The notes under the pieces: generated by a model | The model's database searches: none | Seen by the model: the letters and a program-made list of their open reading frames with translations, nothing else | Told to the model about the DNA's origin: nothing | Assembly (NCBI GenBank): GCA_951406725.2 | Contig: OX597835.1 | Coordinates: 4,526,001-4,590,000 of the forward strand | Origin: Octopus vulgaris | Taxonomy: Eukaryota | Direction of reading: 5' to 3' | Length of the DNA stretch: 64,000 nucleotides | Position numbers and translations under genes: made by a program | In this document: one piece after another, positions 17,879 to 33,228 of the stretch | How the letters are laid out: each line of letters opens with the position of its first letter | Position numbering within the stretch: position 1 is the first letter of the stretch

Positions 17879-18133
17879 AATGCATATATATAAATGCGTA
17901 TGTATACATGTATAAATGTATATATATATATTTATATATACATACATATATATGTGTGTATACATACACACACACAAACATATGCACATATATATATATA
18001 CATGTGTGTGTGTGCGCGTGTATGTGGGAGTTAGCGTCTGTGTGTCTCTATGCTTATAAATTCAAGAATATTACACGATTTACAGCTGTTTCAATAAGGA
18101 ATGGTTAACAAATATACATATATAAGAATATAT

Positions 18134-18289
<156 letters not shown>

Positions 18290-18424
18290 TGATCTATACG
18301 TATCTACGTACACACATCTATCATTTTGAATTATCGGGATTAAAATTCCATTTAAATAATGAATATCCTTGCAAATAAAGCAAAAACAACAAAAGCAATA
18401 AATAAAGAAACAAATAAATTTATG

Positions 18425-18458
<34 letters not shown>

Positions 18459-18581
18459 CACGCGCGCGCGCCTGTTTATATGTTTTCTTACTGTATATAT
18501 ATATGACGTCGTCTATACTAACCAGTGTTTCACTAATCAATTGGAAATGTCACCTGTCGCCATGTTGTCATTCCGCGTCGC

Positions 18582-18631
<50 letters not shown>

Positions 18632-18845
18632 GCCGTTGTATAATGGTAGCAATGTCGCCAAGATTATTTATGTTACAACATGGCACCAGTAGTAAGTGGC
18701 CAAACATGTGCATTTGCACGTGAGAATGTATGCATTTATCAATTTGTTTTTAAATATCTCCATTTATGGGTGTGCGATACATATATATATATATACAGAC
18801 ACACAGACACACACACACACACACACAAATAGATAGACAAAGGGA

Positions 18846-18898
<53 letters not shown>

Positions 18899-18964
18899 CA
18901 AATACATACATAAACAATGTGCACGCCCTCTTATTTGTTATTGCTAATTCTATTGTTCGTTTAT

Positions 18965-19011
<47 letters not shown>

Positions 19012-19048
19012 TATACATATGTACATATATATATATGTGTACACACAC

Positions 19049-19127
<79 letters not shown>

Positions 19128-19995
19128 TACATACATGTATATTTGTCTCTCGACTCCGAGATAAACGGGTTTGCAACCTCTTGCCAGGAAATCTGTACAG
19201 TTAATTTGCTTCTATTGATCAAGTGTTTGTGGTGCTAATTAGCTCACGCCTTCCATCAAATTGACATTACCTGAACAGGTGCACAGTGTGCCACCCGTAA
19301 GATGTCAGAGCGATTGCAGAGCAGCGTGAGATGCTCAGCGGAACGATGCCTCACCCTGTCCGGTGAATCGGGAGAGCAATACCGTCGACATTAATGGAGA
19401 CACCCACGCATGCACACACACTCACAAAGACACATAAATATATTTATATTTAATGTGTGTGTGTATGTGTGTGCGTATGTGTGTGGAGGAATGAGTCTTA
19501 GTAATTTAAAAGTAAATTTTTCCAATTGAAAAATGCTCAACTTCAACCAAAGAGCAACAAGAAATAAACGAAGAAATACGATGTATTAAGAAATATTAGC
19601 ATCACTTGAACCATCAATTAACAATCACCTTGATAAACGTGTCTCCTTATAAAAAATAACAACACTTTTATATATAAAGACAAGCAAAGCAAACTGTAAT
19701 GTGTTTTATAAAGATTGCTAAAAGGAATCTACTTTTCCTGCCTGAATATCTGGAAGAAGGTAAACGAGGTTGCGACGAAATGTGAGGAGAATATTTCAAA
19801 TCATTAAACACCTTTAAACGTTTATTATTTGTTATTTAATATCGACCTAAAACTGATATAAGAATTATTTCATCAAAGACCTACACACAGGCATATACGT
19901 ACGCGCGCACGTGTTTTAGGGAGGTAGTTACGTTATTTTCACATCTTTTACCATGCGAGAAATTTTTTTGTTTTCTCTACGGTTAATCGAAGGAG

Positions 19996-20067
<72 letters not shown>

Positions 20068-20165
20068 GTGAGAGTTTACGAAACAAAACAAAAAACAAAA
20101 GACGAAGGCAGGTGGTGTACAAAACAAACAGATGTATTAGTATAACGGTCAGGAATAGAAAAAGT

Positions 20166-20201
20166 CTTTTATGTTTTGAGCCTACGCTCTTCTACAGAAA
20201 C
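20166..20201 (-). ncRNA. Decayed minimal hammerhead motif (A6U family)
   Basis: gttt CTGTAGA a gagc gtag gctc AAAA ca TA aaag, in an element homologous to 37925-38080. Confidence 0.45.
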
Positions 20202-20268
20202 GGACACAGAAAAAACAAGGAGAGTAAAAAATGTGTGTAGTAGCTAACGATCTATCATGGCGACTCGT

Positions 20269-20346
<78 letters not shown>

Positions 20347-20347
20347 T

Positions 20348-20380
<33 letters not shown>

Positions 20381-20397
20381 GTAGGTAGGTAGGTAGG

Positions 20398-20444
<47 letters not shown>

Positions 20445-20453
20445 GTAGGTAGG

Positions 20454-20511
<58 letters not shown>

Positions 20512-20872
20512 TATAGATAGATAGATGTACATATATGTAAAAGACAGGGTATGAATAATGGTCATTACATATTTTTCCTTTATTTGAGCAAATTCGTCTT
20601 ACAGCTGTTTCCAGTAGATGTAGGTACGTAATTGATTAGGATTACTCAAGTGATCCATTGGTCAATTGAGAAAAATTGAACGACTTAAAAACATATTAAT
20701 GCTACTTTCGTCAGAACCATTTCTGGTTATAAGAAGGTAGAACACTGAAGGAATGGTGTGTGTATGTTTGTGTATATATGTATACACATAGAAATGCATA
20801 TGTATATATATACAAACATACATATGTACATACACCACATATACACTCACAGCGTATGTATATATGAATGTC

Positions 20873-21288
20873 TACTCTTTACTCTTTTACTCTTTTACTT
20901 GTTTCAGTCATTTGACTGTGGCCATGCTGGAGCACCGCCTTTAGTCGAGCAAATCGAACCCAGAACTTACTCTTTGTAAGCCTAGTACTTATTCTATCGG
21001 TCACTTTTGCCGAACCGCCAAGTTACGGGGACGTAAACACACCAGCATCGGTTGTCAAGCGATGTTGGGGGGACAAACACAGACACACAAACATATACAC
21101 ACACACATATATACATATATATATACGACGGGCTTCTTTCAGTTTCCGGCTACCAAATCAACTCACAAGGCTTTGGTCGGCCCGAGGCTATAGCAGAAGA
21201 CACTTGCCCAAGATGCTACGCAGTGGGACTGAACCTGGAACCATGTGGTTCGTAAGCAAACTACTTACCACACAGCCGCTACTACGTC
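20873..21288 (-). mobile_element. SINE family A, full length
   Basis: Reverse complement of the 1124-1571 element, including the tail. Confidence 0.9.
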
Positions 21289-21637
21289 ATATATGAATGT
21301 ATGTCTATCTTTTTTTTAATTTTGCAAATGAGTGAAAAGACGACTAAAATCAGAGAAGGAAAATGTAGTGGAATTAAAAGAGAAAGGAAGGAATGAAGAT
21401 GGAGAAGGAAAGAAAGAAAGAAATGAAAAGAAACGAGAGGAAACGAACGTGGAAGGCGAGAAAGGCGGAGAGATAGAAAAGGAGACTTAGAGAAAGAGAG
21501 CGGGAAGAGTGAAACAGAATGCCAGATATAAAGATATAGCGGGTGGGAGTGAAAGGTATGAAGAGGAAGCATGCGTGTGCGCATGTGTGTGAGCGAATCA
21601 AGCGAAACCCAGCCGTGTAATAACGAAACACATCCCT

Positions 21638-21677
<40 letters not shown>

Positions 21678-21930
21678 TATTTATCTCTCCCTCTCTCTCC
21701 CTCTTGCTCTCTCTCTTTCCGGTTGATTATAAACTAAAGAAAGCGAAAGACCAACCATTGCTTCGTAGTGAAGCTACGATATAAAATCGTGTTATGTTGA
21801 GGGTGATACATTGCTATATGCTATCATATGACTGCATGAAGATATATGATGGAGATAAATTCGTGTACATCTGATAAGGCTGTGATGTAAATGTAGTGTG
21901 ACATACAATGTAAGGTAAAGTGATACGACG

Positions 21931-21994
21931 CACCGGGTAGCGTGCACCGTGTCCCGTGTACCCTGTCCCGTGTACCGTGTCTCGTGTACCGTGT
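21931..21994. repeat. Short minisatellite, 14-bp unit ccgtgtcccgtgta (about 4 copies)
   Basis: Direct reading. Confidence 0.7.
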
Positions 21995-22221
21995 AATATG
22001 TACAATATTGACGTGATGCGAAATGAATTGTAGCAGAGAGAGCCTCTAAGGGGTGACTGGAAATGTTAGAAATAGCAGCCAGGCTTCCATAAATCAGGCC
22101 CTACAATCGTAGAGGAAGGACGATTTGCTAGTGCAGCTTCTCAGTGTACGATTCCTCGAGCAGACCTCGCTCATACGATACCTCGATCAGAGCTAATGAC
22201 AAAGATATTTTAACAATGACC

Positions 22222-22299
<78 letters not shown>

Positions 22300-22365
22300 A
22301 ATAAAATGAGACAACAAAAATCATGGCAGTGTGAAATTTCTAGGACATTTATAAAAGGAAAGGTA

Positions 22366-22413
22366 GTCTTACAGCTGTTTCGGGGATATAAAGGATATGC
22401 CGTCATCAGAGCC
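22366..22413 (-). ncRNA. Minimal type-I hammerhead motif, canonical core, palindromic stem III ACAGCTGT
   Basis: ggct CTGATGA cggcatat ccttt atatcccc GAAA cagctg TA agac; lies in a microsatellite-flanked element of about 200 bp (22297-22501); mismatches in stems I and II. Confidence 0.65.
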
Positions 22414-22498
22414 GATACGAGAAAGTTAAACAGAAGGAAATAGTAGAGCCTTTACATAGCCTTACCGGCCATTTTGGGTCTTCTGGATACCAAAATCT

Positions 22499-22565
<67 letters not shown>

Positions 22566-22910
22566 ACTACAAAATTAGAGAATGGAGAAACATACTTAAA
22601 TCAATAAAACATCAACTATCCGATGATACCCAATCAATACTTTAATACACCATTACATATGAGTAAAGGCATTATACAAAATGAGATATACAGTAATAGT
22701 AAAAAGATAAAGAGATATAAGTAAAAAATTTCAAATATAATATGCAATTAAATCAAAACTGACAGCTGTTTCGGCAGTGAGGGCAGTCATACCTCATTTA
22801 ACCTCTATTAACATCTATGTATTAATCTTGTTGGGTACCTATCTGGCAGTATATTGGATATATATTATCCCATGGTGGGTTGAATTTTCAACCCCTATCT
22901 CATTTTATAA

Positions 22911-22999
<89 letters not shown>

Positions 23000-23177
23000 A
23001 AATTGACAATTTAAAAGTCTGTTATCAGCATATTGGCATAGAAATAATTTTCTTTGGCCCTTGTTTATATGTCGTTTATAATTTTAACCTTTAAAGGTAT
23101 TTTAATATGCTGCCACTTTTTCTTGATGCAATTTTTTTTGTGTAAAAAAACTTCATCCTATATTAGTAGTAGTAGTA

Positions 23178-23223
<46 letters not shown>

Positions 23224-23270
23224 TCATGCACACTCATACACGCGCACACACACACCACGCACACGTATAT

Positions 23271-23610
23271 AGGATGAAAGGCAAAGTGGACACCTGCGAA
23301 ATTTCACCCCCAGAACGTAAAGACGGACGAAATTTCGCTAAGCATTTCGCTCAAGAGCCAACGATCTTACTCGCACGCCGCCTTACATAAATTATAAATT
23401 AATTGCAAATTTGGACACACGGCCAGCAAGTTCAGGAAAGGAGTAAGTCGATTACATCGACCCCAGTGTTCACTTGTACTTGTTTTATCGACTCCGAAAG
23501 CATGAAAGGCAAAGTCGATCTCGACGGAATTTGAACTCAGGACGTAACGGCAGACGAAATACTGCTAAGCATTTTGCCGGCGTGCTAACGATTCTGCCTG
23601 CTCGCTTCCT
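23271..23610 (-). mobile_element. Two tandem SINE family B copies
   Basis: Reverse complement of 53111-53348 (23271-23382 and about 23410-23610). Confidence 0.8.
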
Positions 23611-24018
23611 TTACAAATTTATTGACATCGTAAAAATTTATATACTTTCGAGAGAACGTAGAATATTTTTCTTTTAATTCAATTGGTTCTTGAAGTACAT
23701 ATGATGCATGGAATAACAGCCAGTTTAATATTGGGTAGAAAAGACATTTTTGGAATTTTTAAAGTCAATATTTACTTGTTATTTTTCATATACTTTTATA
23801 TGTAATTCGAGAATAAATACCAGAAAAGAATTATACAAGCAAGTATGTATGTATGTGTGTATGAATGTGTGTATGTATGTATGTATGTATGTATGTATGT
23901 ATGTATGTATGTATGTATGTATGTATGTGTGTATGTATGAACTTGAGTACATAACTTTTTAGACAATGTTTTTAATATAAGATGATTAATTAGTGCACAC
24001 ACACATACATTCATATGT

Positions 24019-24073
<55 letters not shown>

Positions 24074-24420
24074 TGAAAAATTAGCGAGTGCGTGCGTTGC
24101 ATAAATACTATTTTCAGAATTCAATAAATAGACAAGAAACGGAAAATATGACATACCCATATATATACGTATAATTCAAACAAGTGTGTAGTCACACGTT
24201 TTTACACGTCTTTTAAAAATTATATATATATATATGTATATATATATGCTTATGTCGTATTTTTCGTTTGTTGTCTTCTTTTTATTTAATTCTGAAATAT
24301 ATATATATTTATTTATTTTGATTATAATCACCCCATGGATTTATATGGATAACACCATACAAAATTCTGGTGCATCTAACTTAAGTACCATATTCATCTG
24401 AATCTAAATTTTGCTGAACT

Positions 24421-24463
<43 letters not shown>

Positions 24464-24489
24464 GTAGTGACACAATCATCATAAAATGT

Positions 24490-24652
<163 letters not shown>

Positions 24653-25047
24653 ATGTATATATACATATATATATATATATGCATGCGCACACGTGTGTAT
24701 ATATCCACATTTTCACACACACATACACACGCACACATATAGGAAAATAGACTGAGTGAGAGCGTGTGAGTGAGAGATAGAAAGAGAGAGAGAGAGACTG
24801 AGAGAGAGAGAGAGAGAGGTGGAGACAGAAATTTTGCGTGAGAGCATTTTCACTTAAAGACACGTTTCGAAAATGTAAATAGACAAGCGTTGGGCGTTTT
24901 TCACACATTTTGCTGCTTATTAAAAACTCTGCTCTTCAGGTCCAATAGATTTCCCCTCTTCATTTGTCATATTTACTGCGAAAATTCCATCTGAACCCAT
25001 CATTTCCTATGCAAATACACACACACACACACATACACGTATCTATA

Positions 25048-25171
<124 letters not shown>

Positions 25172-25302
25172 CATCATTTTATACATTGCTATCCGTACTA
25201 AGTGCTCTCCTCTCTGATATCTTGTTTTCGTGAATCCTAAATCATGTTTAGTCTGCCAATGCGCTTTTTAATAGCAATGTATCATCTTATCAAAGTGTGA
25301 TA

Positions 25303-25348
<46 letters not shown>

Positions 25349-25869
25349 TTATGTCAGTAAATACAAACAAACATACATACATAACTGTACGTAGATAGGT
25401 ACGTAGAGAGGGAGGTGTGTATAAAAACAGACTCGCAGAACAAGGAATATGGAGGGCTTAATCTGTTCTATACTTTAATATATCTGTATATACATCTGTA
25501 CTATATACACCCATTCTTAACAGAAAGAACATCATCAAAGGAACGGTTGAATGAGTCGCGTTTTTAGTCTTTGATCATTTGCAGTGTGATAAGAGTGTAA
25601 AAACTAAATGATAGACTTTTTTTAACAGATAACAACAACAATAACAACAACAGCAGCAACAACAACAGTAACGATAACATTGATAACAAGAATGTCCGCA
25701 GTAGCAACAGCAACAGCATCAACAACAATAACAACAATAACAACAACACCAGCAACAACAACTACATCAGCAACAGTTAAATGCAGCTCATTAATTTTGT
25801 TTTAATTTCCCTCGCCATTTCCTCTTTACACTTTTAGCATTCCTCAGTCGATTCACTCAGATATATATA

Positions 25870-25958
<89 letters not shown>

Positions 25959-26232
25959 CTTATACGCATACATGTATACAAGCATGCATACATACACACA
26001 ATTCACAGATTACATTCACATATACATATATACATATACCCATGTACACATAGAGACTGAGTGACACAAACATGCATAAATACAATTACGTAAATGTGCG
26101 TGTGTGTGAATTTATAATATCTGTGATTTATCGGAAAATGTAGAGAAATTTAATTTAAGAAATTTCTGGCAAGACAATTTTTCTTCTTTTCCGCTAAATC
26201 ATCCAGGCTTATAAAGAAATGCAGATTAATTG

Positions 26233-26740
26233 TTTGATGATTCAAAGGGATCCCATGATTGAGCGGAATTTATATCAAATTATAGGAATTTATTTTTAGG
26301 ACATTTTTTCATAAAAGTTTTTCATCTTGTGAAGAGGTTTGTATAGTAACGATGGTTTACAAATAACGTGTAACATAAACGGTCTTGAAGTTGAGAGATT
26401 AAAAAAAAATTTTATAAAGTAACAAAAGAAATAAGTTTAAGAAGTACATTTGATACCAAGCATAACAAAGTTATTTTTTTTGACATTACAAAGGAGTAAA
26501 AAGTACTTTTACACTGAGAACCGACTAAATTCTGCCCTCAACGAAAATCTAATGAAAGACCTTTCCGTTTGAATAAGGAGTCGAACAACCCTCCTTCTAA
26601 TACAAGAAACTCGGTTCACAACACTGCTAAGACTATATCTTCTTCATCTGCAGACGAAGCCGCATTTAATAGTTGCTCCCATTATTTAAACGAGGAACTT
26701 TTTAATATTGGCATTTCGAATAAAACGAAGCATAAGATCC
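26233..26740 (+). pseudogene. Penelope-like element reverse transcriptase/thumb fragment, decayed
   Basis: FDDSKGSHD*AE (cf. FDVTMGSYDGAE), GLYSNDGL at 26336 (cf. GLYRDDGL), KVIFFDIT, ESNNPPS...ISSSSADEAAFN. Confidence 0.75.
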
Positions 26741-26769
26741 GCGTCAAATGTATTTAAGATATTGATTTC

Positions 26770-26975
26770 AGATTTTAGGCAAAAGGCCAGCAATTTTGTG
26801 AGAGGAGCTGAGTGGATTACATTGGCCCCCCAGTGCTCAACTGGTACTTATTTTATCGCCGCCGAAAGGACAAAAGAAAAGTCGACCAAGGTGGAATTTG
26901 AATTTAGAACGAAAAGACGGACGAAATGTTACTAAGCATCTTATCCGGCAAGCTAACGATTCCGTCAGTTCGCAG
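26770..26975 (-). mobile_element. SINE family B, diverged
   Basis: Similar to 23410-23610. Confidence 0.7.
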
Positions 26976-27682
26976 AAGTATAGTCTATACTTTAATGGAG
27001 TGCAATCAAAATAAAAATAACTTTATTAACATAGTGAAGTGGGCCTCAATTTTTTTAATTAATTAGAATTCCACTCTTGATAATGAAAAACAAGAATCAT
27101 TCATTAAATTTAATAAACAGTTCTGGTGAATAAAGGCAAGGCAGATAACTTAGAAATTTTAATTACAAAAGTTAAATGAAAATAAAAATGGAAGCAGTGC
27201 AGATGGAAATGAGTTTGATTTTGATAGGATATATTTGACTGTATAATGGTGGATAGTTGAGATTATTAGCAGCACTCACTTCCAATATAAAATAAATACA
27301 AGCAATATTTTTTGTTGAGGGTTTTGTGGTCGAACTATTAAGCTCTATCTAAATGAAGTTTATAATGTTAATACACACCACACTAAGTAATCAACGACAA
27401 AAAATAGAGCAACAAACATGCACACACACACACACACGCACACACAACATTGTCCGTCGTTTTTTCCGTCCTTGTTTCCGTATGCATTCGCTGCTTTCTT
27501 CCAAGAAATCTAATGCTCTTAGATTAGTTTTTCCTTGGGGCTGGCCAGATTAGAGCAATCTCGAGTATAATCAGCCGAAATTACGAAGATAAACTGGTAC
27601 TCGACTGAGGAAAGAAAACTTTGAATGACCCGTCCTTGTTTTCTTTGTATCGTCTATATGGATGTTTTGTTGTCCCATTTAA

Positions 27683-27741
27683 TTTTGTATCAGCCAACTG
27701 TCCGGATGTTTTGCGTTCTTGTCCCATTTTGTATTATACAC

Positions 27742-27796
<55 letters not shown>

Positions 27797-27948
27797 TGTG
27801 TGCATATAAATATTGCTATACTAAAAGATCACAGAAAGCGTTGTAAGATACAGCTACCCAGGGTTTATTTTGGTTAGGAAACCCTGGGTAGCTGTATCTT
27901 ACAACGCTTTCTGTGATCTTTTTAGTATAGCAATGTCTATATGCATAT

Positions 27949-28038
<90 letters not shown>

Positions 28039-28093
28039 ATAATACAAAATGGGACAAGAACTCAAAACACCCGGACAGTTGGCTGATACAAAA
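27683..28093. repeat. About 410-bp near-perfect palindrome (fold-back)
   Basis: Inner arms 27812-27866 / 27879-27934 (one indel), 12-nt loop; microsatellite spacers mirror each other; outer 59-bp arms differ at 2 sites. Confidence 0.95.
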
Positions 28094-28094
28094 A

Positions 28095-28184
28095 TAAACA
28101 CACACATCGCTCGGTCTGAGATTCGAACCCGCGATCCCTCGACCGCGAGTCCGCTGCTCTAACCACTAGGCCATGTGCCTCCAC
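28095..28184 (-). mobile_element. 5' head of the tRNA-Arg-like SINE, cut off at the palindrome
   Basis: Reverse complement of 51-140. Confidence 0.85.
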
Positions 28185-28204
28185 GAATACACACACACAT
28201 GTAC

Positions 28205-28225
28205 ATATAGATAGATAGATAGATT

Positions 28226-28277
<52 letters not shown>

Positions 28278-28900
28278 CATACATACATACATACATACAA
28301 ACATACATACATACATACATACATACATACATACATACATACATACATACATACATACATACATACATACATACAAACATACATACATACATACATATAT
28401 ACATACATACATACATACATACAAACATACATATATACATACATACATACATACATACATACATACATACATACATACATACATACATGCATGCATACAT
28501 TCATTCATACATACATACATACATACAAACATACATACATACATACATATATACATACATACATACATACATACATACATACATACATACATACATACAT
28601 ACATACATACATACATACATACATACATACATACATACGTACGTACATACATACATACATACATACATACATACATACATACATACATACATACATACAT
28701 ACATACATACACACATACATACATACACACATACACACATACATACATACATACATACATACACACACATACACACATACATACATACATACATACATAC
28801 ATACATACATAAATACATACATACATGCATACATACATACGCGCGTGCACACACGCACACACACACACACACGCACACACACACACACACGCACACACAA
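28205..28900. repeat. (TAGA)n-(TACA)n-(CA)n compound microsatellite
   Basis: Direct reading. Confidence 0.95.
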
Positions 28901-29458
28901 ACACATGTTGCCGTTGGTATCTCTATGATCTGTCGCTATTTCCACTTCACTGTACAAGAATCTCATTACTAGCACCTCGTCGTCCGTTCTTCCTTTTACT
29001 GCATCCTCTTCGAATAAGCCACCACCACCACTATCACCACCACCACCACCATCACCACCACCATCATCAACATCACCCACCACCACCACCACTGCTACCT
29101 CTAACAAGAAAACTGCACTAGACGACGCCATCACAACAACAATATCTGCGACAACTCTTTTTCCTTGCATCGCTAAATGCACGGTCGCCATTAATTTGGT
29201 TCGTCAAAAAGGAACCTTTATATGGTCATAGAATCTGCTAGAAAAAACAGCGAAATCTACCTCAAAACACTCTATTCCCTCTTAAAGAAAAAGGATACAT
29301 TAGACAATATACTCCTAAATAGTCCATATCTGCAAATTAAAATGGGAGAGTCACGGTTAGAACGCTGATTAGCAAGAGTCTGCTCAATTAAAACTGAGTC
29401 AGGGTTAAATGGCAAGAATTCAACCAACAACAACTATACCAATAATATCATCCACGCC

Positions 29459-29502
<44 letters not shown>

Positions 29503-29533
29503 AATAATAATGATAATAATGATAATAATAGTA

Positions 29534-29564
<31 letters not shown>

Positions 29565-29592
29565 TATTAATAGTAATAGTAATAATAATAGT

Positions 29593-29644
<52 letters not shown>

Positions 29645-29665
29645 GTAATAATAATAATAATTATT

Positions 29666-29719
<54 letters not shown>

Positions 29720-30359
29720 TATAATAATAACAATAATAACAATAATAACAGTAACCTCTGATACCACCACCATCATCACCATCGTTATGAACACCATTAC
29801 CTTTCAACTGCCACCACCACCACCACCCACCAACAATAACACTTATCAACAGCACCATCACCACCACGTCGTTATCAAATGCAATATCTAATACCACCAC
29901 CACCACCACCACCTCCACCTCAACTACAACCAACGCCTTCATTATCTGGCGGCAAATTGGCAGTCATTTGAGCGCCGCCGGACAAAATATCTGAAGGTAT
30001 CTCTTTTGGTAGAAATTCGCCCTGAGTTCCTTATCCTTCTGCTATCGACAGAATAAATTAATGATTAGCTTCAGAACGAAAGATGTTGAATATTTACTGG
30101 TTCTGCTTCCTTGGAAGTTAAATTCAATCTGTCAGTTGATTTTGACTTAACACCTACGCCAGGCCCTTGGGTTATTTTCGTCGGGTTCTCTCTATTGCAA
30201 GCACCCAGATCCGATTCTTTCCTATGCTCTTGTTCCCAAACTCGGTCTACAGGAGCTGAAAGAAAGGAAAAAAAAGGTTTCTGGTAGGCTGCCCTTCCTT
30301 CAAGAACTGTAAACTTTAAAAAGCATTGCTTTTTCTCTCTTTTTTTTTTTCATGGCCAG

Positions 30360-31110
30360 AATGACCGATAGAGTAGGAATAGCGCGGGACCGGGGTGTCA
30401 TTGCCGAGTCTGATGTCATGTATTGGAGGTGATCCGCGAACCGTCAGCCAAACGGCGTCTCGTTTGACCGATGTACAGGGAAGGGCAAAAAGAGCAGGAG
30501 ATGTTGCTGGAAGTGCAGGTAAAGGAGTTGGTGATGTGGTTGGGACGATGATGGGTGCCTGTGATGTTGGAGAGGTTGGGGCAAGTACAGCAGAGTGGGT
30601 GGGGGCAGGGGAACGAGCAAGGCTGGGAGGTGGGGTTAGGGAAGAAACTGTGGACCAGGAGGTCTCGCAGGTTGTGGGCTCATTTGAAGGTGGGAAGCGG
30701 TAGGTTGGGGAAGATGTGCGAAGTGGAGGGGTAGGACTGGAGTCGCAGGAAGAGGGGCAGGGTGGAAACGGGAGGGGAAATCAACGGCGGGGTGAGTGCG
30801 GGGAGAAAGAACAGAGGCACGGTCCACGGAACGTGCCCTGGAAAGGGCAGTGTGGATAGTGGTGAGAGGATATCCACAAAGGATGAACTGGCGAGCCATG
30901 AGTTGAGACCGAGTCCCAAAGCCATGGTTGTGACTGCAGAGCCTGCGCAGACGGAGGAATTGAGAGTAGGGGACGGAGAGCTTGGTGTGGGTAGGGTGGG
31001 AGGAGGAGAAGTCAAAGTAGGAATATGGTGTGTTTGTAGGGGATGGAAGTAGTGAGAGCGAAGTGGTGTATACTGACCGAAATGTCGAGAAATACGACCG
31101 AAGAGTTAGA
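30360..31110 (-). pseudogene. Penelope-like element fragment: RT end, thumb and GIY-YIG endonuclease
   Basis: SVVFLDISVSI...YK, SSHPTHTKLSVPYSQFLRLRRLCS, FILCGYPLTTIHTALSRA, CSFCPSLYIGQTRRRLAD (YIGQT at 30461-30475). Confidence 0.88.
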
Positions 31111-31412
31111 AATACATATATATTCCTGTGTCTGGAATATATACGCCACAGAAACCCAAGAAATAGTCATTATGATCCTTTGGCTTGGGGTTGGATTTTT
31201 GATCATTCTTGATGAAGAAAGTTTGTCAGCGTTTTGTACATTTTTGTAGAAAATAGTATTATACTTTAATTTATATGTATTGAGTACTTTAATTATACAA
31301 AATATATCAATCTGATACAATAAACTATGTGTGTATGAACACAAGCATATATGTGTATGTATGAGCGTCAGCATGTATGTATGTATGTGTTGCTGGAAAT
31401 GTAATGCCTATA

Positions 31413-31453
<41 letters not shown>

Positions 31454-32979
31454 CAATTTCTCACACACCGATGGAGGCACGGTGTCATAAAAAAGAAACA
31501 TAGTAAGAAAGAAAAGGAAAAACGAGAAAGTTAACGCAGAGAGAAAGAGAGAGAGAGAGAGAGAGTGAGTGAGAAAGAGAGAGGTGGAGAAAGAGAAAGG
31601 TGAGAGAGAGGAATAGAGAGACAGAGAGCCAAAGTCAAAGAGACAAAGAGACAGAGACAGAAAGACAGAGAGTGTGAGAAAGAGAGAATAATTGTTTTAC
31701 TACGGCGATCTGTTAATGTTCTTTCCAGAACCCTGTTTTAAGGTTCTGTGGTGTCGGTGCAACGAGGGAGTTGGGTAGTTTGGTGATGATAATGATGATG
31801 ATGATGATGATGATTGCTGTGATAATGCTGATCGTGACGTTGATAATGACTCTGATGATGATAGTGATGGTGGTCGTTATGATGAAAGGGGGGAAGGTAA
31901 GGATGGTGGGGTGGGTGGGGGATGTGAGTGAGAGTGCTAATGAGGAAGAAGGGCAAAGTGATGTTAGAGGTGATAACGGAGATGATGATGATGACGACGA
32001 GGAGAAGGAGGAGAAGGGTGGCAATGGTGGCTGTAGTGGCGGTGGTGGCAACGGTAGTGATGGTGGTGGTGGTGGGTATTTTTAATGGTAGATGAAGATG
32101 CTGATAATAAATACTGGAAATGTCTCAGTCACTGCTGCTGTCATTGCTGGTGATGATGATGGTGATGATGATGAGGAGGAGGAGGAGAAGGGGGATGAAG
32201 ATGATGATGATGAGGAGGATGAGGAGGAGGAGGAAGAAGAAGATGAGAAGGAGGAGGAGGAGGAGGAGGAAGAAGAGGCGGATGATGATGATGATGAGGA
32301 GGAGGAGGAGGATGAGGATGAGGATGAGGATGAGGAGGATGATGATAGTGATGGATGAAGATTAAATTGTTACTGCTTATGATGATGGTTATAACGATGA
32401 TACAAGTGCAGTGTTAAGCGGGGTCGGTCGAGCCGGCCTCTGACTGAGGTTACAGACAAAAAACAGAATATATATATATTATTCTTATGTTTGTTTTCGG
32501 TTTTTTGTTTTTATTTTGGAGGATTATCCCTAAAGCAAAAAAGAAAAAAAAAGCGAACGCCATGCCCCCCACCACCACTAGGAACGTACGCTTTTTTGTT
32601 GTTGTTGGTGGTGGTGATGGTGGTGGTGGTGGTGGTGTGATGCTTGTTGTCTCTTCAGACTGTTGAACTTGTTTCACTCTGGTAACCGCAGCACCATTGT
32701 GAGTAACTGAGACGTAAGGACCTGATTTCCAAACACTGAAGGCTCCTGACAGTCTTAGTACAGTGGTTGGGGGTCATTGAACGTGCTCTGGTCCACAGGG
32801 TCCACTCGGCAGAGGGAAATGTGTTTACCGTCTGCACCACACACAAACGCATTAGAGGCTCGTTACGACCCTCCCTCCCCCCTTCAACTTGTACTCATCA
32901 TATTCTCACTAACACAGATCGGTTTTGGCTTTATTTTTGCGTTTTTTAATAACAAGATTTCCTTTTATATCTCCTCTTT

Positions 32980-33011
<32 letters not shown>

Positions 33012-33228
33012 TTAAACAGCCGAAATTGCTAAGATGATCCGGTTCCGACTGAAGATTAGAGGCTTCGAGTGACCCGTCTGTTTTTTTTGTGTCGTCTCTT
33101 TGTGTGTTTTTGCGTTCTTGTCCCACTTTGTAATTTATATTTTATATTTAATTTATATATATATATACCGGAGTAAACACATAAATGTGAAACAAGGTGG
33201 AAAAAAGAGTACTCAAATATGTAATATG

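Noticed and set aside
24855-24945. Minus-strand CTGAAGA ... GAAACGTGTC
   Set aside because: No closing stem II or stem I pairing.
32092-32358. Acidic D/E-rich ORF
   Set aside because: GAT/GAG/GAA microsatellite with no splice or domain support.
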